From an uncultured Gemmatimonadota bacterium (GTDB lineage Bacteria > Gemmatimonadota > Gemmatimonadetes > Gemmatimonadales > GWC2-71-9), in the NCBI GenBank assembly GCA_937961295.1, contig CALGOK010000144.1, positions 1-56,875 on the forward strand: a stretch of 56,875 nt of DNA. The letters are read 5' to 3'. Of the stretch, positions 1 through 9,079 are shown piece by piece (within the stretch, counting starts at the first letter, position 1; each line of letters starts with the position of its first letter). The translations under genes were made by a program, and so were the position numbers. The notes under the pieces are model-generated. The model saw nothing but the letters and a program-made list of their open reading frames with translations, ran no database searches and was not told where the DNA came from.

Positions 1-60
1 ATCGAGGAGCGGCATGGAGGAATCGGACACCGGACCGGTCATTCGGAAATCTCGAGGGAA

Positions 61-135
61 CTGTCACCCCGAGTCCTCGCGCAGCGAGGGCGAGGGGGAG
101 GGGGGAGGGGGCGGGGGCTGTCTCCTCACGGCGAG
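61..135. repeat. Palindromic extragenic repeat, GTCACCCCGAG family (copy near window edge)
   Basis: 61-98 CTGTCACCCCGAGTCCTCGCGCAGCGAGGGCGAGGGGG equals the reverse complement of 40286-40323 and differs by 1 nt from 41337-41374. The right boundary is uncertain. Confidence 0.7.
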
Positions 136-288
136 GATTGCCCCGGCGCCCGGACCCTTCGCTCATGCCGCGGCGTGGCACCTCAAGTTTCGCATCCTGG
201 CGAGGCCGCGGGGCATTCGCGCCGGGTCCGCCCGCCGGGCCTTCGCTTCTCTCTTCTCTCCGTCAGGCGAACTCGTTCCCTCGCCGCA

Positions 289-732
289 TTACTGCGCCCT
301 GGTCATCTCCACGCGCAGCAGCACCACCGAGTCGGCGGTGGTCACGCCGGGGTAGCGCGCGGTGACGGTGCCGACCATGCGGCCGTCGACCAGGCGGTAC
401 ACGCCGGTGGTGCTCACCATCTGGCCGGGTCGCAGGGCGCTCGGGTATTCGCCGCTCACCAGCATGATGCTGTCGCCGGCCACGGTCACGTTGGTCGGCT
501 GGGGCTCGCGGCCCGCGAGCACCATGTGGTAGGCACCGTTGCTGGCGGTGAACTGGCCGGTGACGATCACGGTGTCGGCGTCCATCGGGCGCGTCTGGAA
601 GTTCCAGATGCCCTCGATGTCGGCGGCACTCAGGGCGGGCGCCATGGTCGTGGTGTCCATCGCGGCGTCGTCGGCGTCCTCGGCGGCGCAGGCCACGAGG
701 AGCGAGGCGGCACAGAGCAGGGCTAGGCGCAT
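289..732 (-). CDS. Small secreted lipoprotein, function unknown (paralog of 838..1275)
   Basis: Internal ATG at 732 gives MRLALLCAASLLVACAAE, a lipobox-like signal. It aligns along its length with the neighbouring ORF (IEGIWNFQTRPMDADTVIVTG versus LVGTWAFEVMPLDRDTVIVTG). Confidence 0.75.
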   Translation of the reverse strand: MRLALLCAASLLVACAAEDADDAAMDTTTMAPALSAADIEGIWNFQTRPMDADTVIVTGQFTASNGAYHMVLAGREPQPTNVTVAGDSIMLVSGEYPSALRPGQMVSTTGVYRLVDGRMVGTVTARYPGVTTADSVVLLRVEMTRAQ

Positions 733-837
733 CAGAGGCTCCAATGTGGGGAATCGGGGGTGACGGAGGCTACCGCGGTGTCGCCGAACCGGCAACCGGG
801 CGCTTCGCTTCTCTCTTCTCTCTTCTCTCTGCCATAA

Positions 838-1275
838 CTACTCCCTCACCCTCGTCATTCTCGCCCGATACTGCGCCACCGAGTCGCCGCTGGTCATCCC
901 GTCGTAGCGCGACGTCACCACGCCCACGAGTTCGCCGTCCTGCACCACGTAGCTGCCGGTGGTGGTCACCATCACGCCGTCGTAGATGGCGCTCTGGTAC
1001 GGCCCGGTGCGGGTGCGGACGGTGTCGCCGTCGACGGTGATGGTGCTGGTGTGCGACTCGCGGCCGGTGAGGGTCATGGTGAACACCGGCGGGTCGCCCG
1101 CGCCCACCAGCGTGCCGGTGACGATCACGGTGTCGCGGTCGAGCGGCATGACCTCGAACGCCCAGGTGCCGACCAGGTCGGCGGTGCCGAGCGGTGGGGC
1201 GGCGGGGGCATCAGCATCGGCGGCCGGTTCGGCGGCGCAGGCGGCGAGGAGGAGGAGGGCGGGGAGGGTGCGCAT
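838..1275 (-). CDS. Small secreted lipoprotein, function unknown (paralog of 289..732)
   Basis: ATG at 1275 gives MRTLPALLLLAACAAE. It is a tandem paralog of the downstream gene and ends ...RARMTRV like its partner (...RVEMTRA). Confidence 0.75.
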   Translation of the reverse strand: MRTLPALLLLAACAAEPAADADAPAAPPLGTADLVGTWAFEVMPLDRDTVIVTGTLVGAGDPPVFTMTLTGRESHTSTITVDGDTVRTRTGPYQSAIYDGVMVTTTGSYVVQDGELVGVVTSRYDGMTSGDSVAQYRARMTRVRE

Positions 1276-1293
1276 GGGATTAATGGTAGTTGT

Positions 1294-1368
1294 GGTGAAG
1301 GGTGAAGGGTGACGGGTGAAGGGGGGCGGTCGGGCAAGCCCTTCACCCGTCACCCTTCACCCTTCACC
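1294..1368 (-). terminator. Perfect 30-bp inverted repeat built from tandem heptamers (GGTGAAG-like x4); probable terminator or 5' leader hairpin
   Basis: 1294-1323 GGTGAAGGGTGAAGGGTGACGGGTGAAGGG is the exact reverse complement of 1339-1368, with a 15-nt loop. It lies 11 nt downstream of the stop of 1379..2458 and 19 nt upstream of the start at 1275. Confidence 0.55.
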
Positions 1369-1378
1369 CTTCACCGTC

Positions 1379-2458
1379 CTACCGCTTGTAGGTCTGCGCT
1401 GCCGCGGTGAACGCCGTGGGCGCGGTGGCGCCCATGAACATCTCGATCCGCAGCGTCTCGGGGCCGGTCATTTCCACCAGGAAGTAGCGATCGGCTTGCA
1501 CCGGATGTTGCCACCACCGGCGCAGTCCGGCCACCGAGCGGTAGACCACCTTGCCCGACGATGGCGACACCGTGGCGAAGTCGGTGGCGGCGGGTTCGAT
1601 CCAGTAGACGGTGGACTCGCCGGTGCCGAAGCCGCCGGTGGCGATCACCCGTTCGCCGGCGGTGGTGGGGATCTCGGTGAACGCCAGGTGCTTGCTCCAG
1701 TTGGCCGGGCTGGTCTCGGCGCTCTGGTCGTAGGGAAGCGACTCGTGGAACCAGTTGCCGATCAGGCGGCCGGCCATGTCGTAGACCAGCTTGCCGTCCT
1801 CGTCGTTGGCACCAGTGCGATCGACCATCGCCGCCAGTTGCGCGCGCAGTGCGGGGGTGAAGCGCGACAGCGGCTTGACGGCGTGCTTCATCTTGATGCC
1901 GTAGCGCTCGCCACGAATGAACCCGTTGGTGACAGCCATGTCCACCAATCCGAAGTCGACTCCACCGGCCATGCCCGAGTTGGTGCCGATCCGCTGGCCG
2001 GCGGTCAGCTGGCTTCCCACCCCGATGCCGGGGTCGAGAATGATGTGGCCCATGTAGTACCAGGTCCGCTCGCCACCGACCTCGCCGAGCGGCTGGGGTC
2101 CGACCTCGATCCCGGCATCCGGCCCGCCGCCGTAAACGGCCCGGACGTGGCCCGCTGCCGGGGCGTACACCACGTAGGCACCGCTGGGCGGCTGGCCCAC
2201 CGTGGTGTGGGTAAGGCCGATGTGGTCGCTGGGGAAGGTGTGCCCGGGCGGATTGAGGTTGCCGATCGGGGCGACGTTCTCGAGGTCGGCGAGCGCCATC
2301 GGCAGGACGGTGAACTGGATCGTCTGCTGCGGCGGGGGCGGTGGCGGTCCGGGTGGTGGTGGCGTGGTGTTGCCGGTGCCGGTGGAGCCGGAGCTGCAGG
2401 CGGTGGCGAGCAACACGACGAGCAGGGCAGTGCCTGGCAGCGGGGCGACACGGATCAC
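1379..2458 (-). CDS. Lipoprotein with Pro-rich linker; possible degenerate LytM/M23-like domain
   Basis: GTG at 2458 gives VIRVAPLPGTALLVVLLATACSSGS followed by PPPPGPPPPPPQ. GHIILDPGIGVGSQLTAGQRIGTNSG resembles the M23 barrel signature, but the HxH motif is not seen. The upstream part of ORF 1379..2728 looks non-coding. Confidence 0.65.
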   Translation of the reverse strand: MIRVAPLPGTALLVVLLATACSSGSTGTGNTTPPPPGPPPPPPQQTIQFTVLPMALADLENVAPIGNLNPPGHTFPSDHIGLTHTTVGQPPSGAYVVYAPAAGHVRAVYGGGPDAGIEVGPQPLGEVGGERTWYYMGHIILDPGIGVGSQLTAGQRIGTNSGMAGGVDFGLVDMAVTNGFIRGERYGIKMKHAVKPLSRFTPALRAQLAAMVDRTGANDEDGKLVYDMAGRLIGNWFHESLPYDQSAETSPANWSKHLAFTEIPTTAGERVIATGGFGTGESTVYWIEPAATDFATVSPSSGKVVYRSVAGLRRWWQHPVQADRYFLVEMTGPETLRIEMFMGATAPTAFTAAAQTYKR

Positions 2459-2584
2459 GACACGCTCCGGGGATGGGACTTTGGATGATACTTCCGATCG
2501 GCGCGGATGTGGCGGACGTGGACGGGATCTCGACAAACCGCTCGGCGGCTCGTAGACTGGGATCTCCCCATTCCCTGAGTTCCC

Positions 2585-3859
2585 ATGCGGCTTCCCCTCC
2601 TGTTGGCCGTGGTGCTCGTGGCCGGGTGCGATGGTGCGCCGGCACGCTCCGGCAACCTCGGACTCGCCAGTGGCGAGCCGGTGCTTCCCGACACCCAGAC
2701 GATCGACGGCGTGCTGGTGATGCGGCACGGCGCCGACGCGTTCGCGCGCGCGCCGGTGTGGACGCTCGACACGGTGCCGCAGGTGGTGATTGATGGGGGG
2801 GAGGAGTTTGATCTCTCCGGGGTGCCCGCACCACCGATTCAGTTGTCAGGTGGCCGCTGGGTCACGCTTAAGGCGATCTCTGGCGTGGAGCTCGTGCTCT
2901 TCGACAGCACAGGTCATCCGATCCGGTTGATCGCGGGCATGGGCTCCGGTCCAGGCGAGTTGATGCGGCCGCAGCTGGTCGCCTCACCCGGCGGTGACAC
3001 TCTGGCGGTGGTCGATGATGCCAACCGCACCCGCAACCTCTATCACCCCGACCACGGACTGGTCAGCTCCGACCGGTTCGACGGCACGGTGGCGCTGTTC
3101 TGTTTCCGTCCGGGCGGTTGGTTGCCGGACGGTCGGGCCGTCGCGATTGGTGGCTGCAGCTCGAACCGGCGAAGCGCAGACGGCGAGCTGAGCACCGACA
3201 CGCCGTTGGTGTTGATCGCCGCAGACATGTCGTCCACCGACACGGTCGCGATGGTCCCCGGCGCCCAGATGAGGATGGCCGAGGCACGGAGCGGGTCACA
3301 CCGCATGATGGTGCCGATGTGGGTGCGGCTCGGGCGTGCCACGTCGGTGACCACAGTCGACAGCGCGATCGTGGTGGCGAGCGGGGTGGGCGGCTACGTG
3401 CTCGAGCTGCGCGACGGCACGGGTCGGGTGACCGGACGCATCGAGGTGGATCGACCGGCCGTGATGGTGACCGACGCGATGCGGGAGGCGGTCATCGCCC
3501 TCGAGCTCGAGCGGCTCTCGACCTACTCCGAGGGTGGCCAGATGAATCCCGACGCGGAGCGGATGACGCGCGAGGGCCCGATCGCCGACACGCTCCCGGC
3601 GTATCAAGCCGTGTTCCCTGGAGAGGGTGGCCTGTTCTGGGTCATGGATCATGTGTTGCCGGGCGACACGACCTGGGCCGCCACGGCATTCAGGGCCGAC
3701 GGCGCGATCGTCGCACGGATTCGGGGGTCGTTGACGCCGGGTCCCTATGGCGCAGGTCCTGTAGCGTTCCTGCGCGACCGGGTGATCATGCGCGAGGCGG
3801 ATGGGGATGGGGTGGTGAGGTTTGGGGTTTATGGGGTGATCGGCGTCGGCCATCGCTGA
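2585..3859 (+). CDS. Lipoprotein, function unknown
   Basis: ATG at 2585 gives MRLPLLLAVVLVAGCDG, a lipobox. It is a 424-aa ORF with coding-like composition and no catalytic motif I recognise. Confidence 0.7.
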   Translation: MRLPLLLAVVLVAGCDGAPARSGNLGLASGEPVLPDTQTIDGVLVMRHGADAFARAPVWTLDTVPQVVIDGGEEFDLSGVPAPPIQLSGGRWVTLKAISGVELVLFDSTGHPIRLIAGMGSGPGELMRPQLVASPGGDTLAVVDDANRTRNLYHPDHGLVSSDRFDGTVALFCFRPGGWLPDGRAVAIGGCSSNRRSADGELSTDTPLVLIAADMSSTDTVAMVPGAQMRMAEARSGSHRMMVPMWVRLGRATSVTTVDSAIVVASGVGGYVLELRDGTGRVTGRIEVDRPAVMVTDAMREAVIALELERLSTYSEGGQMNPDAERMTREGPIADTLPAYQAVFPGEGGLFWVMDHVLPGDTTWAATAFRADGAIVARIRGSLTPGPYGAGPVAFLRDRVIMREADGDGVVRFGVYGVIGVGHR

Positions 3860-3926
3860 TTCCTCACCGCGACGACGAGCTCGAGGTTCGAGTTCTCCAC
3901 GATCATGATGCAATCGGGGATGCGAG

Positions 3927-5792
3927 ATGAGAGCATGGCACTTTCGAGAGTTCCTGCCCGGCGACAATCTGTCCGACCCCGATTTCACGAAGGCGTTGTT
4001 CGCTAGTGATGACGAAGCCTCATTGGGCCGCTCATTGATACGGGAGGCGATCCAGAACTCATTGGACGCACAGCGGCCCGATGCCACTGCAGTAACGGTC
4101 CGTATCGGTGTGTTCCGGTTCTCAAACGCTCTGTCGCCGCGTGAGATCAGCGAGTTCCTGAGCGGTGCGTGGCCTCATGTGTGTGCGGACGATGCAGGAC
4201 TGGAGGATCCACCAACTCAAGGTGAGCGCGTTCCCTTCCTGGTGATTGAGGACTTTGGCACCCATGGACTGGTCGGGGATCCGGAGCATTGGCAACCTAC
4301 CGAGATCTCGAGCAACGGGTTCTACCTCTTCTTTCGGGCTCTCGGCCGGAGCGGAAAGTCTGATGAGGAGCGGGGTCGATGGGGGGTTGGCAAGTTTGTG
4401 TTCCCGATGTCCAGTCGAGCACACATGATCTGGGGCCTCACTGTACCATCGGACTCGGGGTCTCCGCTGCTGATGGGCCGAGCTGTGCTTAGGACGCACA
4501 CTATCGGCCCACAGTCATTCCACCCGGATGGGCATTGGGGGGATCGGCTGGATGAGGGTTCAAGACTCGTGTCGCCGGTCAGGGATCCGGAGACCGTCCA
4601 ACGATTCGTGGAGCGGTTCCGACTGGAGCGCGGAAACGAACCGGGGCTCTCGGTTGTAGTTCCCTACGTTGATCGCGACATCGCAATTCCCATCCTTCGT
4701 CACTCTGCCATAGTAGAGTACTTCCTACCTCTATTGCGCGGCGAGCTGAGTATGGAGCTCGCACACGACGGTGGTGTGGAGATCGTCGATGGACACGCCG
4801 TACGCGAGTTTGTGTCAGAGGCCAACTCTCGCTCGGCCCAAGAGCGACTTGCGCTCGCAATCGCCGTCACCGACGGAGAGACCCGACAAATTGTCTGGCC
4901 GCAGATCTTCAGGTATGACGACATGGAATGGTCGTCTGCGCTCATCAGCGACGGCGTTATCGAGGAGTTGCGAGACTGTTTGGAGTCTGGGCAGGCTGTG
5001 TCGGTCGTTCTCCGGCTCGTCATCTGCAGCAGAATGGGCGCTGAAGACCTTGAGGGCCGGATTGTTGTCCACTTGCGACGAGTTGAAGGTCTGGGCAACT
5101 GCCGTCCGCTCCTGATCCGCGCCGGTATTTCCGTTGCCGGGGAACGAACCAAGGCACTACTGGATCATGTCTCGATTCTGCTCGCCGAGGACTGTCCGGT
5201 GGCTACTATGATCGGAGATGCGGAGACGCCTGCTCATGAACAGCTCCAACATGATCTACTCAAGGGCAAGTACCAGTATCCGAGGAAGATGATCTCTTTC
5301 GTGCGGGATGCCGCTAGCAACCTGTTGAGGACAGTATGGGAGGCAGATCAAGCCGATGATCCATTCGCGCTTGCAAACTACTTTCCCCTCATTTCCATCG
5401 ACGGCCGCAAGGCGGACAAGCCAACTCCTCGAAAGCGAGGCAATCATCCGGAACCGGAACCAACTCTGCCTGAGAAGCCAAGGCGATTCAACATCCGCAA
5501 GACTGCGGACGGCTTCCGGGTTGAAGGGAACCGAAATGCAACTACGTATCCGGAGGAGCTGAGCATTTCCGTCGCATACGATGTTCGGCGAGGGAATCCG
5601 TTCAAGAGGTACCGCAGGTTCGACTTCGACCTAGAGACCCTGCCAAGGTCGGTTATCGATTGCGAGCTGGCCTCAATCGAGCCAAACAGGATCGTAGCGC
5701 GCCCGAGTTCGGCCGGGTTTGCGGTGGGCGTCTCTGGCTTCGACTCCCGTCGCGACCTGGTTGTGCGTGTGGTTGCTTCAGGTGGTGAGTGA
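3927..5792 (+). CDS. GHKL-superfamily ATPase (MORC/Hsp90/MutL-like Bergerat fold), 621 aa
   Basis: N-box SLIREAIQNSLDA (E40, N44, D47), G1 box FLVIEDFGTHGL (D109-x-G-x-x-G) and G2 box GRWGVGKFVF are all present. The start is an ATG with GGGGA 6 nt upstream. GC is lower than in the flanks. Confidence 0.8.
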   Translation: MRAWHFREFLPGDNLSDPDFTKALFASDDEASLGRSLIREAIQNSLDAQRPDATAVTVRIGVFRFSNALSPREISEFLSGAWPHVCADDAGLEDPPTQGERVPFLVIEDFGTHGLVGDPEHWQPTEISSNGFYLFFRALGRSGKSDEERGRWGVGKFVFPMSSRAHMIWGLTVPSDSGSPLLMGRAVLRTHTIGPQSFHPDGHWGDRLDEGSRLVSPVRDPETVQRFVERFRLERGNEPGLSVVVPYVDRDIAIPILRHSAIVEYFLPLLRGELSMELAHDGGVEIVDGHAVREFVSEANSRSAQERLALAIAVTDGETRQIVWPQIFRYDDMEWSSALISDGVIEELRDCLESGQAVSVVLRLVICSRMGAEDLEGRIVVHLRRVEGLGNCRPLLIRAGISVAGERTKALLDHVSILLAEDCPVATMIGDAETPAHEQLQHDLLKGKYQYPRKMISFVRDAASNLLRTVWEADQADDPFALANYFPLISIDGRKADKPTPRKRGNHPEPEPTLPEKPRRFNIRKTADGFRVEGNRNATTYPEELSISVAYDVRRGNPFKRYRRFDFDLETLPRSVIDCELASIEPNRIVARPSSAGFAVGVSGFDSRRDLVVRVVASGGE

Positions 5793-6541
5793 TGAGTGTG
5801 AGTCACCTGAACTACACGGGCAGGAAGCGGATCGCGCGGACATCTGTGTTGGTTGGAGTCGGAGGTGAACTCCCGGACGCTTCAGTGGTGGCTTCCTTCG
5901 ACCTCCAACCATACGATTTCCCCGGAACTGCGAGAGTTGTGATCGAGGCCCAAGCCGGGTGGACGATCCAGCGCTTTGACTTCGGTACGGTTCAAGAGTA
6001 CCGAGCGCCTTCCGATTCGAGGCTGAGCGAGTTCGCGTCGCTGGCCGGCCTCCTGTTCCGACTCAAGGTCGTGGCCACAGGTGATCAAGAGGGACGTCTG
6101 CTGGGCGCCGCGGATCGCCTCCGACCGTCCGGTGCCACCGAGGAGGCAGCTCAGCGCTCATTTGTGGTTGTTCGGCCAGAGGATCTTGGCGATCGCATCT
6201 GGCAACTTGACTTCGATGAGCATCAGCCTTTGCTCCTTGTGAATAGCGGCATGGGTGATCATCACGAGTTCCTGCGGCGAAGGTCAGTAGCAGCACTTGT
6301 TCTGCCAGAGGTGTTCAGTCAACTGCTTCGACATGCTGTCGAATATGGATCTGAAGAGGAGGAGCTCGACAACTGGCGCAGTATGGCTATCAGGATGGGA
6401 GAGCACATGGCTGCTCGAAGCTTGCCACAGGTTGACGATCCTGAAGCCATAGCGGATTGGGTCGATGATTGTGTCCGAGTCTTTTGTCGACGGCATCGCT
6501 TCTTAGAGGCGATGGCAGAGTGGGTCGAGGGGGCAGAATGA
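5792..6541 (+). CDS. Hypothetical protein, translationally coupled to the GHKL ATPase
   Basis: ATG 5792 overlaps the upstream TGA stop (TGATG); GTG 5789 is an alternative start. About 249 aa, acidic C-terminal half, no motif I recognise. Confidence 0.65.
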   Translation: MSVSHLNYTGRKRIARTSVLVGVGGELPDASVVASFDLQPYDFPGTARVVIEAQAGWTIQRFDFGTVQEYRAPSDSRLSEFASLAGLLFRLKVVATGDQEGRLLGAADRLRPSGATEEAAQRSFVVVRPEDLGDRIWQLDFDEHQPLLLVNSGMGDHHEFLRRRSVAALVLPEVFSQLLRHAVEYGSEEEELDNWRSMAIRMGEHMAARSLPQVDDPEAIADWVDDCVRVFCRRHRFLEAMAEWVEGAE

Positions 6542-7260
6542 GTGGGACTCTCAGGTCGCTTACTGAAGAGGGATTCAGGGAAGCATCACTTCGGCTCGCA
6601 CGTATTCGCTCCGGCGAATCCCATGAGCTCGGGTCTGATCTTCTTGGCGATCCGACGTACAGTAATAGCACAACCATCCCCTTCGAGCCCGTGACTCATG
6701 CAGCCGCGACGTCGCGGTGGCATCTGGCAATCTTCCTCTTCCGAATGTTCGACCAGTACCGCGACGCGATGACACCGGGTACGTGGTCCTGGTTTGCGCT
6801 GCGATCACTGGGTGTTCTGAGTGTCGAGGGCGATTCCAAGCGGATTGTGAAGGAAGACGCGCGATACCTGCTGCAGGAGAGAGACTACAGAAAGGCCTAC
6901 AGGCACCTGCTTGCTGGCCCATTCTTGCTCTTCTCTGCTCACAGCAACGACCCGACAGCCGTCAGAGGTCTGTTGGCGACCCGGCTGGATGCACCCGGGG
7001 AGGTCTACGAGCAGCTGGCTTCTCGCAAGTTTCTTATCACGAGCCGTGGTGTGGTTCGCCTCGCGACCACCATGTACTTCGACGAATCCAATGAGAGGTT
7101 GCGGCGCGGTGCCGGCGGATCGGGTGCGGGCAGTCCGCGTCGATTCAGCGAAGTGCTCCAGCAGCTGGATCTCACCTACGATCTGCAGGACATTTCGAAC
7201 GAGAGGCTTGCCGTGCTGCTACCGCGGGAGTTCGCTCGGTTCCTCAAGGCTAGCACATGA
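6538..7260 (+). CDS. Hypothetical protein, third gene of the GHKL operon
   Basis: ATG 6538 overlaps the upstream stop as ATGA (6538-6541). 240 aa, no motif I recognise. The upstream part of ORF 6469..7260 is ignored. Confidence 0.65.
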   Translation: MSGTLRSLTEEGFREASLRLARIRSGESHELGSDLLGDPTYSNSTTIPFEPVTHAAATSRWHLAIFLFRMFDQYRDAMTPGTWSWFALRSLGVLSVEGDSKRIVKEDARYLLQERDYRKAYRHLLAGPFLLFSAHSNDPTAVRGLLATRLDAPGEVYEQLASRKFLITSRGVVRLATTMYFDESNERLRRGAGGSGAGSPRRFSEVLQQLDLTYDLQDISNERLAVLLPREFARFLKAST

Positions 7261-7388
7261 TCTGGGCCTCCCCACCAAGCAATGGGCTCCCGGTCGAAGT
7301 AGGGCGGGCTTCGGGGGCTTCCGGTTGCTTGACAAAAAGAGGACGGAGCTAGTTGCGATCTGTCTGTATGTGTCTTAATGTCATCTCT

Positions 7389-8660
7389 ATGTCCCTCCGA
7401 ACGAACCCCGAAAATGGCGACTCCAGGCGCTTCCGCGAGCTGCGGGAGCTTCTTGGCCTGTCCCAACGCGAAGCCGCGGCGAAGTTGGGCTTCTCGGCCC
7501 GTCAGGTAGCCCGCTGGGAGGCTGGCGAGGTCAAGGTCAGACGAGCCGCCCTGACTGCCCTCGAGGCACTCTGTCCGGCGGAGCCCGTGGGCACGGGCAG
7601 GTTCACCTTCATCGACCTGTTCGCGGGCATCGGCGGGTTTCGTCTCGGATTCGAGTCGGTCGGTGGCCGCTGCGTCTTCACTTCCGAATGGGACCGGCAC
7701 GCCCAGAAGAGCTACAAGGCCAATTTCGGCGACCATGAGGTTCACGGAGACATCCGGCGTATCGAGGCCGACGACGTTCCGGATCATGACGTCCTCCTTG
7801 CCGGATTTCCATGTCAGCCGTTCAGTATTGCGGGGGTCTCCAAGAAGAATGCCCTCGGACGGAGTCACGGATTCGAATGCGAGACCCAGGGAACCCTCTT
7901 CTTCGACATCGAGCGGATCATCGAGGCCAAGCAGCCTCGCGCATTTGTGCTCGAGAACGTGAAGAACCTCGTATCCCACGATCGCCGCAACACGTTCAGT
8001 GTCATCAAGCGCACCTTGTCGGAGAAGCTGGGATACCGGATCGCCTGCCGCGTCATCGATGCAAGGCATTGGGTTCCTCAGCACCGCGAGCGGATCTTCA
8101 TCGTCGGGCTTCACCCGGACCTAGAATCGCGGTTCGACTTCGACGAAGTAGTTGTTCCCGATGCAGGTCCGCGTCTGAACTCGATCCTTCATCCCACGGA
8201 TGGCACCGGACCCGCGGAGGAACCCTACACCGACAATGCGGGACGTCCGTCGCGGAAGTACGTTCTCTCGGACCACTTGTGGAGTTACCTGAAGGCCTAC
8301 GCTTCCAAGCACAAGGCGAAGGGCAACGGATTCGGGTTCGGCTTGGTCAAGCCAGGTGACACCGCCAGAACCCTCTCCGCCCGCTACTACAAGGACGGAT
8401 CCGAGATCCTGATCCATCGGGGGCGAGGGAATCCGCGCCGGCTGACGCCACGCGAGTGTGCCCGACTCATGGGTTTCGACGCCGGGCGGAAGGAGCCATT
8501 CCGGATCGTCGTGTCGGACACCCAGGCCTACAAGCAGTTCGGCAATGCTGTCGCAGTTCCGGTGGTCAAGTCGATCGCAAAGGCGCTGCAGCCATATCTA
8601 CAGGGTCGCCGAACGGGGAAGGGCATTGAGTCGGAGGCCCTTGAGCTCCAGCTGGCCTGA
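7389..8660 (+). CDS. dcm: DNA (cytosine-5) methyltransferase, Dcm/M.EcoRII type, with N-terminal XRE-type HTH
   Basis: [28 protein letters not shown] (motif I), [29 protein letters not shown] (motif IV), FVLENVKNL and [10 protein letters not shown] match E. coli Dcm closely. The N-terminal [23 protein letters not shown] is an HTH. The start could be 7353 (TTG), 7368 or 7389. Confidence 0.92.
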   Translation: MSLRTNPENGDSRRFRELRELLGLSQREAAAKLGFSARQVARWEAGEVKVRRAALTALEALCPAEPVGTGRFTFIDLFAGIGGFRLGFESVGGRCVFTSEWDRHAQKSYKANFGDHEVHGDIRRIEADDVPDHDVLLAGFPCQPFSIAGVSKKNALGRSHGFECETQGTLFFDIERIIEAKQPRAFVLENVKNLVSHDRRNTFSVIKRTLSEKLGYRIACRVIDARHWVPQHRERIFIVGLHPDLESRFDFDEVVVPDAGPRLNSILHPTDGTGPAEEPYTDNAGRPSRKYVLSDHLWSYLKAYASKHKAKGNGFGFGLVKPGDTARTLSARYYKDGSEILIHRGRGNPRRLTPRECARLMGFDAGRKEPFRIVVSDTQAYKQFGNAVAVPVVKSIAKALQPYLQGRRTGKGIESEALELQLA

Positions 8661-8662
8661 GA

Positions 8663-9079
8663 ATGGCCGACATTGTCAGCAAGGCCGTCCGAAGCCGGAT
8701 GATGAGCGGCATCAGGGGGCGTGACACTGAACCGGAGAGAGTTGTACGATCGCACCTCCACCGGGCGGGACTACGGTTTCGCCTTCACGCACGCGAGCTT
8801 CCAGGCAGCCCGGACGTGGTCCTCCCAAAATGGAAGACTGTTGTGTTCGTTCATGGATGCTATTGGCACCGCCATCCCGGATGTCGATTCGCAACCACTC
8901 CGTCGACAAACACAAGCTTCTGGAATCAGAAGTTCGAGCTGAACGTGTCTCGTGATGTGCGGAACCAAAGAGCCCTCCGTCGCCTCGGATGGCGTGTGCT
9001 GACTGTGTGGGAGTGCAACCTTTCGAGTGAGCGACTTCGCCGCCTTGTCCGGACAATTCGATCTTCCCATCGAGCCTGA
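8663..9079 (+). CDS. vsr: Very short patch repair endonuclease
   Basis: SRMMSGIRGRDTEPE...PGSPDVVLPKWKTVVFVHGCYWHRHPGC...NTSFWNQKF..N..RD is the Vsr signature. The gene starts 3 nt after the dcm stop. Confidence 0.9.
   Translation: MADIVSKAVRSRMMSGIRGRDTEPERVVRSHLHRAGLRFRLHARELPGSPDVVLPKWKTVVFVHGCYWHRHPGCRFATTPSTNTSFWNQKFELNVSRDVRNQRALRRLGWRVLTVWECNLSSERLRRLVRTIRSSHRA

Noticed and set aside
1316-2834. Long ORFs 1316..2488 (+, 390 aa) and 1371..2834 (-, 487 aa) overlapping the lipoprotein gene
   Set aside because: Their translations are Arg/Gly/Pro/Ala-rich low-complexity strings, typical of off-frame or antisense reading in about 70% GC DNA. The frame 1379..2458 has a signal peptide and protein-like composition.
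7329-7381. Sigma70-like hexamers upstream of dcm (TTGACA at 7329; TTGCGA-N17-TAATGT at 7353-7381, which would make a near-leaderless mRNA for ATG 7389)
   Set aside because: The TTGACA has no matching -10 at a proper spacing. Promoter consensus in this lineage is unknown to me, so it is not reportable as a feature without transcription start data.
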